Origin: Candidatus Spongiisociaceae bacterium
GTDB taxonomy: Bacteria; Actinomycetota; Acidimicrobiia; Spongiisociales; Spongiisociaceae
Direction: 5' to 3'
Assembly: GCA_965219685.1 (NCBI GenBank)
Contig: CBDCOH010000002.1
Coordinates: forward strand, 4,064,001-4,128,000
DNA length: 64,000 nt
Shown: positions 39,106-48,157 of the stretch, piece by piece
How the letters are laid out: each line of letters begins with the position of its first letter
Numbering within the stretch: position 1 is the stretch's first letter
The notes under the pieces: model-generated
Told to the model about the DNA's origin: nothing
The model's database searches: none
Seen by the model: only the letters and a program-made list of their open reading frames with translations
Position numbers and translations under genes: made by a program

Positions 39106-39300
39106 ATGGGAAAGCACTTGGTAGACATAGATGAGAAGGCCTTGAGCGCGGCTCGCGCCGAGATGGGAACGGTAACGATCAAGGAAACGGTGAACAGGGC
39201 ACTGCGCCTCGCTGTCTCGGCCCGTGACGCCCGGGTGGCAAGCGCTCTCGATGTCCTCGCTGATGCCGAGTACCAGGAACGTTCTCAGGCGTGGCGTTGA
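39106..39300 (+). CDS. vapB: VapB antitoxin (DUF2191-like)
   Basis: KHLVDIDE.AL..A..E.GT.TIKETVNRAL. TATACT at 39094-39099 precedes a leaderless ATG. Confidence 0.82.
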   Translation: MGKHLVDIDEKALSAARAEMGTVTIKETVNRALRLAVSARDARVASALDVLADAEYQERSQAWR

Positions 39301-39704
39301 GCCATCTCCTGGATACAAGCGTTTTGACCCGCCTCAAGCAGCCGCTGGTGAGAGCGGTTGTCGAACCGCTCGTCGCCAGTGGCCGAGGCGCCCGTGCCGC
39401 CATCAGCGATCTCGAGATCGGATTCATGGCGCGCAACGAGGCCGAGTGGGACAGCCGTATGCGTGCGCTCGAGGTTCTGGTACGCGTCGAGACCACGGCT
39501 CAGCACGTTCGAAGGGCACAACAGGTCCAGCGCATGCTGGCCTCCAGAAGTCAGAGAGGTCGCAAGATTCCCGACTTGCTCGTAGCAGCCGCAGCGGAAG
39601 AGGTGGGCTATACGATATTGCACTACGACCGGGACTTTGACCTGATCTCCTCGGTTACCGGACAGTCTTGTGAGTGGGTATCCCCGCCGGGAACGATCGA
39701 CTAA
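39291..39704 (+). CDS. vapC: VapC PIN-domain toxin
   Basis: LLDTS, LEIG..ARN, PDLLVAA.A, LHYDRDFD. Confidence 0.9.
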   Translation: MALSHLLDTSVLTRLKQPLVRAVVEPLVASGRGARAAISDLEIGFMARNEAEWDSRMRALEVLVRVETTAQHVRRAQQVQRMLASRSQRGRKIPDLLVAAAAEEVGYTILHYDRDFDLISSVTGQSCEWVSPPGTID

Positions 39705-39723
39705 ACGTGTATAGCATCTGTCT

Positions 39724-39975
39724 GTGACCTTCATCATCACCGAGGCTTGTATCGACGAGAAGGACGCCTCGTGTGTCGACGTCTGTCCCGTGGACTGCAT
39801 CCACGAGGGTGACGACCAGTTTTACATCGACCCCATCGAGTGCGTCGACTGCTACGCCTGCGTGCCCGTGTGCCCCGTCAAGGCGATCTATCCCGAGGAC
39901 GAGGTCCCGGAGCGCGACGCCGCGTACATCGACAAGAACTACCTGTACTTCGACGTTTCGCCGCCACATCGCTGA
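39724..39975 (+). CDS. fdxA: ferredoxin (7Fe/8Fe FdxA-like)
   Basis: ACIDEKDASCVDVCPVDCI...YIDP.ECVDC.AC.PVCPV.AI. Confidence 0.9.
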   Translation: MTFIITEACIDEKDASCVDVCPVDCIHEGDDQFYIDPIECVDCYACVPVCPVKAIYPEDEVPERDAAYIDKNYLYFDVSPPHR

Positions 39976-39984
39976 CCTGCCGAC

Positions 39985-40656
39985 GTGAAGCACCGGACCG
40001 TCACAGGACGCATCGCCTACCGGCGGTTCGACGGCTTGGTCCGGGGGCACGAGAGTTTCCACCTCACCGTCCACACCGACGGCGACCGGACCATCCGAGC
40101 CGTATCGGAAATCTACGACTCGGGCATCCTTCGGGATGTCACCTACACGGTGGACCGGAACTGGCGTCCGAAGGACGCGGCGATCCGGCTTAGGATCCAC
40201 GACCGGTTCGTCGGGTCGAGTTGGTTCCGTTTCGATGGGCGGGATGCGGAGTGCGAGGCGTTCCTGGCCGACGGAGGGCGGATCAGCCAGCACGTAGTCC
40301 TCGACGTCCCGCCCGACAGCTTCAACCCCCATCCCGTACAGGCCGATATGTGGCACTTCGCGGCCTACCGCCACGACGACGAACGGGTGCAGACCATGAG
40401 AGTGCTCACCGCCTCGCCGCTCTACGACGGTGGGTCTGGACCGTTGCTCGCCACCCTTGATGTTCCGATCGAGTACGTGGGCCCGGAGGAGGTGACCGTT
40501 GCGGCGGGGTCCTTTCAGGCTGAGCACTTCCGGTTCATCCACGCCAACGACTGGCCTCCCCAGGATGCGTGGTGCTGGGGGGACGACCTGATCCTGGTGC
40601 GGATGGACTGGGATTACACCGAAACGACCTACGAACTGTTAGTTGTTAGTGGGTAG
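39985..40656 (+). CDS. conserved hypothetical beta-rich protein (paralog A)
   Basis: Collinear with 41612..42319 (RDVTYTVD, WFRF, AECE, GRISQ, PHPV, VTV.AG.F). Confidence 0.75.
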   Translation: MKHRTVTGRIAYRRFDGLVRGHESFHLTVHTDGDRTIRAVSEIYDSGILRDVTYTVDRNWRPKDAAIRLRIHDRFVGSSWFRFDGRDAECEAFLADGGRISQHVVLDVPPDSFNPHPVQADMWHFAAYRHDDERVQTMRVLTASPLYDGGSGPLLATLDVPIEYVGPEEVTVAAGSFQAEHFRFIHANDWPPQDAWCWGDDLILVRMDWDYTETTYELLVVSG

Positions 40657-40682
40657 TTTTTAGTTGTCAGCTGGTGGCAAGG

Positions 40683-41615
40683 TTAGGGTCCGACCTTGAG
40701 CGGGAGGTCGGGGTTACGGCCCCACTCGCTCATCGAACCGTCGTAAACGGCTACACCCTCGTGGCCGAGAAGCAGCAGGGCGAATGCGTTGGTCGTGGCT
40801 GATATGCCCCCGCCGCAATAGGTAATAATCCGTTCCGACTCAAGGACGCCCGCCTCCTCGAAATGGGCGCGCAGCTCATCGGCGGGCTTGAAGGTCCGTT
40901 TGTCGGGATCGGCCAGGTCGGCGGCATATACGTTCACGCTGCCTTCTATGTGCCCTCGCCGGTGATAGTTGGGTATCAGGCGCTCGCCCGAGTGCACCGC
41001 AGGCGCGAGAGCATTGACGAGGCTCGTCCGGGGGTCGTCCAGGGCGCCCAACACCTCATCCAAGCCGACTATGAACGGAGTCCCTTCTGCCGCAACGAAC
41101 CGGGCGCGAGGATGGGACACCCTCTCAGCCGTCAGCGGTCGTCCCTCCTGGCTCCACTTGTCGAAACCGCCGTTGAGCACCCGCACGTTGTCGAATCCGA
41201 AGCAGTGGAACATCAAGAAGATGCGGGTCGCCCAATAGTTGATCCCCCGGCTGTAGACGACGACGTCGTGCTCGTTGCCAACACCCTTCCCGGCCATCAC
41301 GCGTTCGAAACGGGACGGCGTTGGCAGCATGAATCTCAGGTAGGGGTGGTCACCCGCCAACTCATCCGAAAGGTCCACGTACACGGATCCCGGAATGTGT
41401 GCTTCGAGATACGCGTCCAACCCCGACCGGACGATGTATCCGCCATCGGGCTGCCGGTCCAGGATGATGTCGCAGTCGATGATGCGGAGGCCGGGTTCGC
41501 CCAGGCGGGCTTCAAGTTCCGCGGTCTCGATCAGGAGTTCAGGCCGGACATAGCCGTGAGATTCGGGGACTGTGGCCGGGCTCGTCTCGCCTCCGGGTTG
41601 CGTCGCCGCGTTCAA
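40683..41615 (-). CDS. two-domain rhodanese/sulfurtransferase (SseA-like)
   Basis: HIPGS, LNGGF..W, GHIEG, YCGGGISA, YDGSMSEW. Confidence 0.9.
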   Translation of the reverse strand: MNAATQPGGETSPATVPESHGYVRPELLIETAELEARLGEPGLRIIDCDIILDRQPDGGYIVRSGLDAYLEAHIPGSVYVDLSDELAGDHPYLRFMLPTPSRFERVMAGKGVGNEHDVVVYSRGINYWATRIFLMFHCFGFDNVRVLNGGFDKWSQEGRPLTAERVSHPRARFVAAEGTPFIVGLDEVLGALDDPRTSLVNALAPAVHSGERLIPNYHRRGHIEGSVNVYAADLADPDKRTFKPADELRAHFEEAGVLESERIITYCGGGISATTNAFALLLLGHEGVAVYDGSMSEWGRNPDLPLKVGP

Positions 41616-42319
41616 CGTTCCAACTCGACGAGTTCGTAGGTGGTGGCCATCACGTCGAAACGGACCTTGACGATTATCAGGTCTCCCGGAATGCACCAGA
41701 TGTCCTCGGGAATCGATTCCTCGCCGAGCAGGAACCTGAAGTGTTCCGTCTCGAAGGTTCCGGCGTCCACCGTGACCGTTTCCGGTCCCACGTGTTCGAT
41801 GCGGAACTCGTCCGTGCTGACTCCAGCCGTCTCGAGCACGGTCCTGCTCAGGATGGGACCCGAAGCGCCGTCCGGTCGCGGCGAGCTCATCAGCGTCCCC
41901 TTGATGGTCTGGATCCTGGCCTCGCTGCCCATGTCGAAGGCGCCGATGTGCCAGACGTCGCATGCCACGGGGTGCGGGCCGAATGAGGGCGGGAGGCCGT
42001 TCAGCCTCATCCGTTGGGAGATGCGTCCGGCATCGGCGGTGTAGGTCTCGCACTCGGCGTACTCGTCGGTGAAGCGGAACCATCCACTCCCCATGAACTT
42101 GTCGTTCTCGGTGAGCCTGACGAATGCGTCCACCGGCTGCCAATTGACGTCGACGGTGTAGGTCACGTCCCGCACGAGGCCGGTGTTGAGCACCTCCACG
42201 AAGGAGCGGATCGTCCGGTGGCCGTCGCCGTGCTTCGTTACGGTGAACCACTCACGGCCCCGCTCACCCAGGGTGTCGCTGCGGTACACCACCTTGCCGC
42301 GGTAGGTCTGATGCTTCAT
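41612..42319 (-). CDS. conserved hypothetical beta-rich protein (paralog B)
   Basis: MKHQTYRG..., paralog of 39985..40656. GGAGG RBS. Confidence 0.75.
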   Translation of the reverse strand: MKHQTYRGKVVYRSDTLGERGREWFTVTKHGDGHRTIRSFVEVLNTGLVRDVTYTVDVNWQPVDAFVRLTENDKFMGSGWFRFTDEYAECETYTADAGRISQRMRLNGLPPSFGPHPVACDVWHIGAFDMGSEARIQTIKGTLMSSPRPDGASGPILSRTVLETAGVSTDEFRIEHVGPETVTVDAGTFETEHFRFLLGEESIPEDIWCIPGDLIIVKVRFDVMATTYELVELER

Positions 42320-43260
42320 GGATCCTCCTTCCGTTCGATCAGTTCGATCTTCTCCCCGAGTTCCCCGGTGAACACGGCACATCGTCCTCCGTCGTAGGGG
42401 GGTGTGTAGACGGCCGAGACCGGACCCGCGGCCGGGTATCCGGCCCGTCCCATCGCCTCTACGGCGGTGTCGAACTCGCTGGTATAAAAGGACACGAGCC
42501 CGAAGCCCGGCGGGAGTTCGCCCGCGGGGCAAGTCCTCACCGGCCGGTCCGGCGGGAACCGATCGACCTCGACCCTGGTCCGACCCCGGGGCGCCAGCAC
42601 GATGAACTCGTAGGAATGGTCGAGCGGTAGGCCGGCCTTCCTCGAGATCACTTCCACTGCGGCTTCGAACCGCCAGGCCGGCTCCATCCCAAGACCGGAA
42701 ACGTAAGGCCCGAGTTGTCGGTCGGGGTCGGTGCACAGCAGCACCGCTACGAACAACGCCCCGACATCGCATCCGGGCGGGGGCCGGACATGGCTCGTGC
42801 CTGTCGCGAGGACCTGCGTGAGGTACACCTGCTCGCCGGCTGGACCGATGGCCTGGGACGCCCGGATTGCCGGCGGCAGGCCCCCGAAGCCGAAGTCGGC
42901 GGCCTCGCCGTGGACATGGAAGTAGCCCGAGGAACGAACCCGCTCGGTGAGCGCGTCGACATCTCGCACCGTTATCTCGAGGGCGGTCCACCCCTGAGTC
43001 GCGTAGGGAGCCGGTGACGGAGTCGGACCGCTTACGAAGCGCACCAGGCCGCGGTCCTCGCCCTCGGCGCCCAGCACCACCACCGACCGGTCGGGATCGG
43101 CGGTGCCCCACGCCAGCGCCAGCCCTTCGCCGAGCCGGCCCTTGTAACGGACCTCGTACCCGAACAGGCTCCGGTATGCCCCCACTGCATCGTCCAGAAG
43201 GTCCTCGGCCACCGTGACCGTTCCCGTCGCGAGGTCATCCACCAGTGGTTGCTGTGTCAT
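42316..43260 (-). CDS. two-domain VOC-like protein
   Basis: Y..LFG, AWG, GWTALEITVRDVD, GPAGE..YLT, G..GE.IELIE. Confidence 0.72.
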   Translation of the reverse strand: MTQQPLVDDLATGTVTVAEDLLDDAVGAYRSLFGYEVRYKGRLGEGLALAWGTADPDRSVVVLGAEGEDRGLVRFVSGPTPSPAPYATQGWTALEITVRDVDALTERVRSSGYFHVHGEAADFGFGGLPPAIRASQAIGPAGEQVYLTQVLATGTSHVRPPPGCDVGALFVAVLLCTDPDRQLGPYVSGLGMEPAWRFEAAVEVISRKAGLPLDHSYEFIVLAPRGRTRVEVDRFPPDRPVRTCPAGELPPGFGLVSFYTSEFDTAVEAMGRAGYPAAGPVSAVYTPPYDGGRCAVFTGELGEKIELIERKEDP

Positions 43261-44209
43261 ATCCCTCCGCGAGTCTCGCTCTGGTGCGCTCGTCAGCCAT
43301 TAGTTTCTTCCCCGACGGGCTGACGATCGCGCATATCACTCCCGCCAGGGCCAGGCCTCCACCAACCAGGTGTAGCCAGGTGATCGGCTCCGAGAGTAAC
43401 CACCAGGCCAGTCCGCTTGCCACCACGGGCTCGGCGCGCAGGACCAGGGGCGGGATGTTGGCCGGCAGCCAGCGGAACGCCCAGGTCATCAACAGGAGCC
43501 CCACGCCTCCCGGAAGGACTGTCATGTACGCCAGCAGGATCCAGTCCCGGTTGGAGACCGTACCGATGTTCCAGCCTGTAACCGCCACGTAGGTCGTGAC
43601 CACAACCCCGGCTATGGCGAAGATGCTCCAGAGCAGCGTCAACGCGTCGAGGTGAGTCCTGGCGATCTTCAGGAACACCATGTAGAAGGCCCACGCGATC
43701 AGGCTGACGGCCGCCATCGCAATACCCAGGGGATTGCCCTCGATCCCGGTGGATCCCCCGTACGCGACCATCGCGGCGCCCGCCACCGCCAGCAAGGACC
43801 AGGCGAGGAAGCGCCCGCCCGGGCGTTCCCCCAGTATCGGGAAGGCGACCAGGCTGACGAGCAACGGCATCAGGGAGGTCAGCAGCACGACATCGGTGAC
43901 CGAGGTCCACTTCATCCCGGTGAACATCAACGGTTGGGCAACACCGGCGAACAGCCCCGGCCAGATGGCCCACTTGAAGGAGGCCAGCGGCGGTCGGATG
44001 CCGAACCAGATGGCGCGGACGGCCACGAGGAGACCGACGGCTACGACGAGGCACCAGAGGCGCCAGAAGGAGAACTGGACACCACTCAGGTCGGAAGCCT
44101 GGATCGCGACCAGCCCGGTGCCCATGATCAGGACCGCGATGCACATCCCGACCATCGGAGTGTTCAGGCGAACGGCGCCAGGTGCCTTGTCCAATGGGAT
44201 ACCGGTCAA
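43235..44209 (-). CDS. DMT/EamA family transporter
   Basis: About ten hydrophobic segments, LGERP, EPV.A......LL.E. Confidence 0.88.
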   Translation of the reverse strand: MTGIPLDKAPGAVRLNTPMVGMCIAVLIMGTGLVAIQASDLSGVQFSFWRLWCLVVAVGLLVAVRAIWFGIRPPLASFKWAIWPGLFAGVAQPLMFTGMKWTSVTDVVLLTSLMPLLVSLVAFPILGERPGGRFLAWSLLAVAGAAMVAYGGSTGIEGNPLGIAMAAVSLIAWAFYMVFLKIARTHLDALTLLWSIFAIAGVVVTTYVAVTGWNIGTVSNRDWILLAYMTVLPGGVGLLLMTWAFRWLPANIPPLVLRAEPVVASGLAWWLLSEPITWLHLVGGGLALAGVICAIVSPSGKKLMADERTRARLAEGYDTATTGG

Positions 44210-44350
44210 CCAGCAGTCCTCTCTCGAGGTGGCCAGAACGGTCCCGACCTCCGGAAAAGAGGATAGCTGCGCTCATGATTCTTCCGCATCGGAGGCGGTG
44301 GTCCTCACGTGTGCTGTGATTATACTGCTAATACAGCTAAAATAGCTGCC

Positions 44351-44584
44351 ATGCCTACGATTACGATTCGCAACGTCCCCACCCAGACCCGCAACGAACT
44401 CGCTGCGAGGGCCGCTCTCGCCGGGAGGTCCCTGCAGGAGCATCTCCGCTTGGCGCTGATTGCTCTTGCCGACCGCCCCGAACCGGAGGTCCTCATGGCT
44501 GCGGTACGGCGGCGCAAGCAGGGGGCCGCCGGTTCCCTTACCACCGAGGACATTCTCAAGTTCCGTGATGAAGGGCGCCGGTGA
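44351..44584 (+). CDS. vapB: FitA-like RHH antitoxin
   Basis: MPTITIRNVP......L..RAA..GRSL. TAAAAT lies 7 nt before the ATG. Confidence 0.82.
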   Translation: MPTITIRNVPTQTRNELAARAALAGRSLQEHLRLALIALADRPEPEVLMAAVRRRKQGAAGSLTTEDILKFRDEGRR

Positions 44585-44979
44585 CGCTGGTCGTCGACGC
44601 CTCGGTCGTGGTCGCCGGTCTCGCGGGAGGGGGTGCTGACGGTTCCTGGGCCGAGGAAGTGCTGGTCACCGACGATCTGGCGGCGCCGCATCTGATGCCC
44701 GTTGAGGCAGCCCATGTTCTGCGGCGCGCTGTCCTCTCGAGCCGCCTCTCCGCGGATGTCGCCTCGTTGGCCCACCAGGATCTCCTGGCACTGCGTGTGG
44801 CCCTGTTCGACTACGTTCCGGTGGCCCACCGGGTTTGGGAACTCCGATCGAACGTCACAGCCTACGATGCCTGGTATGTCGCTCTCGCCGAGATGCTCGG
44901 CGCGCCGCTCGCCACTCTGGATAAGCGTCTGGCCGAGGCGACGGGCCCCCGCTGTCCGTTCCTGACGCCGTCCACGTGA
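44581..44979 (+). CDS. vapC: VapC PIN-domain toxin
   Basis: VVDAS, AP.L...E, YDA.YVALAE, TLD.RL. Confidence 0.9.
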   Translation: MTLVVDASVVVAGLAGGGADGSWAEEVLVTDDLAAPHLMPVEAAHVLRRAVLSSRLSADVASLAHQDLLALRVALFDYVPVAHRVWELRSNVTAYDAWYVALAEMLGAPLATLDKRLAEATGPRCPFLTPST

Positions 44980-45030
44980 ACCCGCACAGCACTACCGAGA
45001 CCGGAAAACCACCCGATCCAACGTAACCAC

Positions 45031-45066
45031 CACCCAACCCCCAACACCCAACACCCAACACCTAAC
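45031..45066 (+). repeat. heptamer tandem array (CACCCAA-type)
   Basis: Abuts the stop codon of the minus-strand hydrolase. Confidence 0.88.
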
Positions 45067-45895
45067 TATTCCGGATGAACCTGTCGACGATCTCCACGAA
45101 TTCCACGGGATATTCGTCCGCCACGTCGACCCCCGCTCCGAGCATGGGAGCGAAATGGCCGTCGGCGAACAGTCCGGCCCCCGTCGTACGGTTGTCCTCC
45201 CAGAAGTGATCCCGGTTGCCGCAGATCACCAGGGTCGGAGCAGTCACTCGTTTTGCGACCTCGACCTCGTCGGTCCTGCCGATGACGTGGTACGCGTGGT
45301 ACCACTCGGGTCCTACCTGGAGCCGTGCTATCAAGGTGCGGCGGGCGATGTCGCTGTTGTAGGCCAAGCGATCCCCGGGCTCGGCAAGCATCTCGCTCAT
45401 GTCCCAGCGGGTGATCCAGGCCCGCAGCACCTCCTTGCCTTCCCGGTCGTAGGTGCGGGGCTTGGCGTTGCTCATGTATTGGCGGTTGATGAAGTCGAAG
45501 TGCTCGTTCTTCTCCGGGATCTGGGGGAAGCCGTAGAAGAGCAGGTGGGTTACCCGGTCCGGGTAGTCGGCAGCCATCCAGAGAGCCACGGTTGCGCCGA
45601 AGTGATGGCCCAGCACGGCATAGCGGTCCATTCCGAGGAGGCGGGTGACCTCGTCGACGCGGCGCGCGAACTCGGGCCCGTCGGGCTGGGTGGGGGCCGG
45701 GTCCGACTGGCCGTGACCCGGTATGTCGATGGCCACGGCCCGGTAGCCGACCCGTGCGAACAGGGGAAGCACGGCTTCCCACATGCTGGCCGCGTCCGAA
45801 GTCTGGTGGAGCAGTATGAGCGGTGTTCCCTCTCCGCTCGCCAGGTAGTGAACCTGTCCCTGGTCGGTGTCTACGTAGCCCTTCCGCATGCCCAT
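45062..45895 (-). CDS. alpha/beta-fold hydrolase
   Basis: GQVHY, LLHQT, DIPGHGQSD, LGHHFGA. Confidence 0.9.
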   Translation of the reverse strand: MGMRKGYVDTDQGQVHYLASGEGTPLILLHQTSDAASMWEAVLPLFARVGYRAVAIDIPGHGQSDPAPTQPDGPEFARRVDEVTRLLGMDRYAVLGHHFGATVALWMAADYPDRVTHLLFYGFPQIPEKNEHFDFINRQYMSNAKPRTYDREGKEVLRAWITRWDMSEMLAEPGDRLAYNSDIARRTLIARLQVGPEWYHAYHVIGRTDEVEVAKRVTAPTLVICGNRDHFWEDNRTTGAGLFADGHFAPMLGAGVDVADEYPVEFVEIVDRFIRNS

Positions 45896-45986
45896 GGCCA
45901 CCCCGTCACATCGCTGCGAACAACCCTACTGAATCTCGGGGTGGGTAGCCTTTGATCGCACCGGCGGCGAGCGTGAGGAGGATCGG

Positions 45987-46949
45987 ATGGCCGATCTCGG
46001 AGTGGCGTATTTCTTCAAGGGGGTGACCGGACCGGGGCCGCTTGTCGACTACGCGAAGCGGCTCGAGGACACGGGGCTCTCGCACCTGTTCGTCACCGAA
46101 TCCAACAACGACGCCATGACTCTCCTGGCCGCGCTGGCCGTGGAGACCGGCCGGCTTACCCTGGGCTCGGGCATCGTCAACATCTATGCCCGGCACCCCT
46201 ACCAACTGGCCAACGAGACGGCGGTGGTCCAGCAACTCTCCGGGGGCAGGTTCATCCTCGGTCTCGGAACCGGGCACCAAGAGGTGAACGTTGACGGGTG
46301 GGGCATGGAGATGGCCAAGCCCCTGTCGAGAATGCGCGACTACCTTGCCACGGTCCGCCAGGCGCTCGATTCGGACGGCGGTCCCCTGGACATCCGGACC
46401 GACCGCTACCGGATCACCGGTCCCTCGGTGGCCTGGGCGCCTCCCCAGCGGGTCCCCATCTACCTGGCCGCTCTCGGACCCAAGATGTTCGAGTTGGCCG
46501 GCCAGGCTGCCGACGGTGTGATCCTCTCGATGGCGCCCCTGCCCTACATCAGGAGGATGCGCAAGCTCCTCGACGACACCGCTCGGGCGAACGGCCGCGA
46601 CCCCGGCGCGATCAAGATCTACGCCTTCGTGAACACGCTCCTCCGGCCCACCCGTGAGGAGGCGATCCCGCTCCTTCACTACTCGATCAAGAGCTATTAC
46701 CGGTTCCCCTACTACCAGTACCAGCTGAAGGTGGCGGGTGTCGAGTTGGGCTCCGGCGGGATCAGCGACGCTGCGCTCGACTCCCTGGCGATAGGAGGAC
46801 CGCCCGAATACGCTCGCGAGCGGCTCGACGAGTACCGGGAGGCCGGAGTCGACGTACCCATCCTCGCTCCGATCGGCACCCTGCCGCGACCGACGCCGGC
46901 CGATCCCGACCTGTTCGCGGCGTTCGACGGCTTGGCCGCGCTCGCGTGA
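45987..46949 (+). CDS. LLM-class flavin/F420-dependent oxidoreductase
   Basis: FVTESNNDA, NIYARHP, GRFILGLG, AALGPKM. Paralog of 28423..29409. Confidence 0.9.
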   Translation: MADLGVAYFFKGVTGPGPLVDYAKRLEDTGLSHLFVTESNNDAMTLLAALAVETGRLTLGSGIVNIYARHPYQLANETAVVQQLSGGRFILGLGTGHQEVNVDGWGMEMAKPLSRMRDYLATVRQALDSDGGPLDIRTDRYRITGPSVAWAPPQRVPIYLAALGPKMFELAGQAADGVILSMAPLPYIRRMRKLLDDTARANGRDPGAIKIYAFVNTLLRPTREEAIPLLHYSIKSYYRFPYYQYQLKVAGVELGSGGISDAALDSLAIGGPPEYARERLDEYREAGVDVPILAPIGTLPRPTPADPDLFAAFDGLAALA

Positions 46950-46960
46950 TCGGGTGGTCA

Positions 46961-47045
46961 GGTGTTAGGTGTTAGGTGTTAGGTGTTAGGTGTTAGTTTA
47001 GGTAGGTTAAGGTACCATTCACCATTCACCATTCACCATTCACCA
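46961..47045 (+). repeat. two opposed heptamer arrays, (GGTGTTA)x5 and (ACCATTC)x4, between convergent genes
   Basis: Directly visible. Confidence 0.95.
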
Positions 47046-47046
47046 G

Positions 47047-48015
47047 CTACCTGCGTCGCGTGCTCAGATAGAGTTCGCGGATCTTCGGGTTGAAGTAGGC
47101 GTAGAGGATGTCGACCGCGAAATTCAGCACTAGGAAGAACACCGCGGTGAACAGGGTGGCGCCCACCGCCACCGGGATGTCCTGCTTGCGGAAGGAGTCC
47201 ACCATTAGCTGGCCCACGCCCGGGATGGTGAACACGGTCTCCACGATCACCGATCCGCTGACCAGGAACCCGACGAGCAGCCCGATCACGGTGGTGGTCG
47301 GGATGATCGCGTTGGGCAGGGCCACCCGGCCCACCACCCGCCGCTCCTGCAAGCCCATCGATCGGGCGAATGTGACGTAATCGCGCTGGAGAGTGTCGAG
47401 CATCGAGGCCCGCAGCGTCTTGGTCACGATGGCGATCGTTGCCAGACCGAGCACGAACGAGGGCAGGATCAGATGCGCCAGATTCTGTCCCGGGTCCTCC
47501 GAGAAGTGAATCCAGCCGCCCGCAGGCAGGACATCTGTGATGTACAGACCGAACACCATCAGCAGGAGCAGGCCCAGCCAGAAGTTCGGGATCGAGATGG
47601 CGACCACCGAGACCACCCGGATGAGGCCGTCGAGGAATCCTCCGTACCTGGCCGCGGCGACAAGTCCCAGCACCATCGCCACCAGGGTCGCCACGATGCC
47701 CGTGGAGAGGGCCAGTTGCAGGGTCGGGATCGCCCGGTCGGCGATGAGCTCGGTAACGGGTGTGAGGCTCAGGTTGGACTGGCCCAGATCACCCTGCAGG
47801 ACATTCACCAGGTAGCGCCAGTACTGGACGAGCAGCGGCTGGTCAAGACCCAACCTCGCCATGACCTCGGCGCGTTGCTCAGGAGTGGCGTCCGTACCGG
47901 TGAAGAGCAACACGATGTTGCCCGGAGTCAACTGGATGAACATGAACACCAGCGTCAGGACGGCCCAGAACACGATGACCGTTGCGACCAAGCGACGAAC
48001 GACGTAGCTCCGCAA
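47047..48015 (-). CDS. peptide ABC transporter permease (OppB/DppB-like)
   Basis: LGLDQPL.VQY..Y, SIPNFWLG, DYV.FARS.GL, ETVF..PG.G. Confidence 0.92.
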   Translation of the reverse strand: MRSYVVRRLVATVIVFWAVLTLVFMFIQLTPGNIVLLFTGTDATPEQRAEVMARLGLDQPLLVQYWRYLVNVLQGDLGQSNLSLTPVTELIADRAIPTLQLALSTGIVATLVAMVLGLVAAARYGGFLDGLIRVVSVVAISIPNFWLGLLLLMVFGLYITDVLPAGGWIHFSEDPGQNLAHLILPSFVLGLATIAIVTKTLRASMLDTLQRDYVTFARSMGLQERRVVGRVALPNAIIPTTTVIGLLVGFLVSGSVIVETVFTIPGVGQLMVDSFRKQDIPVAVGATLFTAVFFLVLNFAVDILYAYFNPKIRELYLSTRRR

Positions 48016-48157
48016 TTCACCCCCACGAAGGTTTCCGGTGTGCTTCTACAGTCCGATCTTACGCCTGCAGTGCCGCCAGCGCTGATTTAGCAGCATTTCC
48101 CTGCGGTGGATCGCGCGGTTCTAGTAATGTCGTTTTGCCACTATCACGGGAGGGTTT

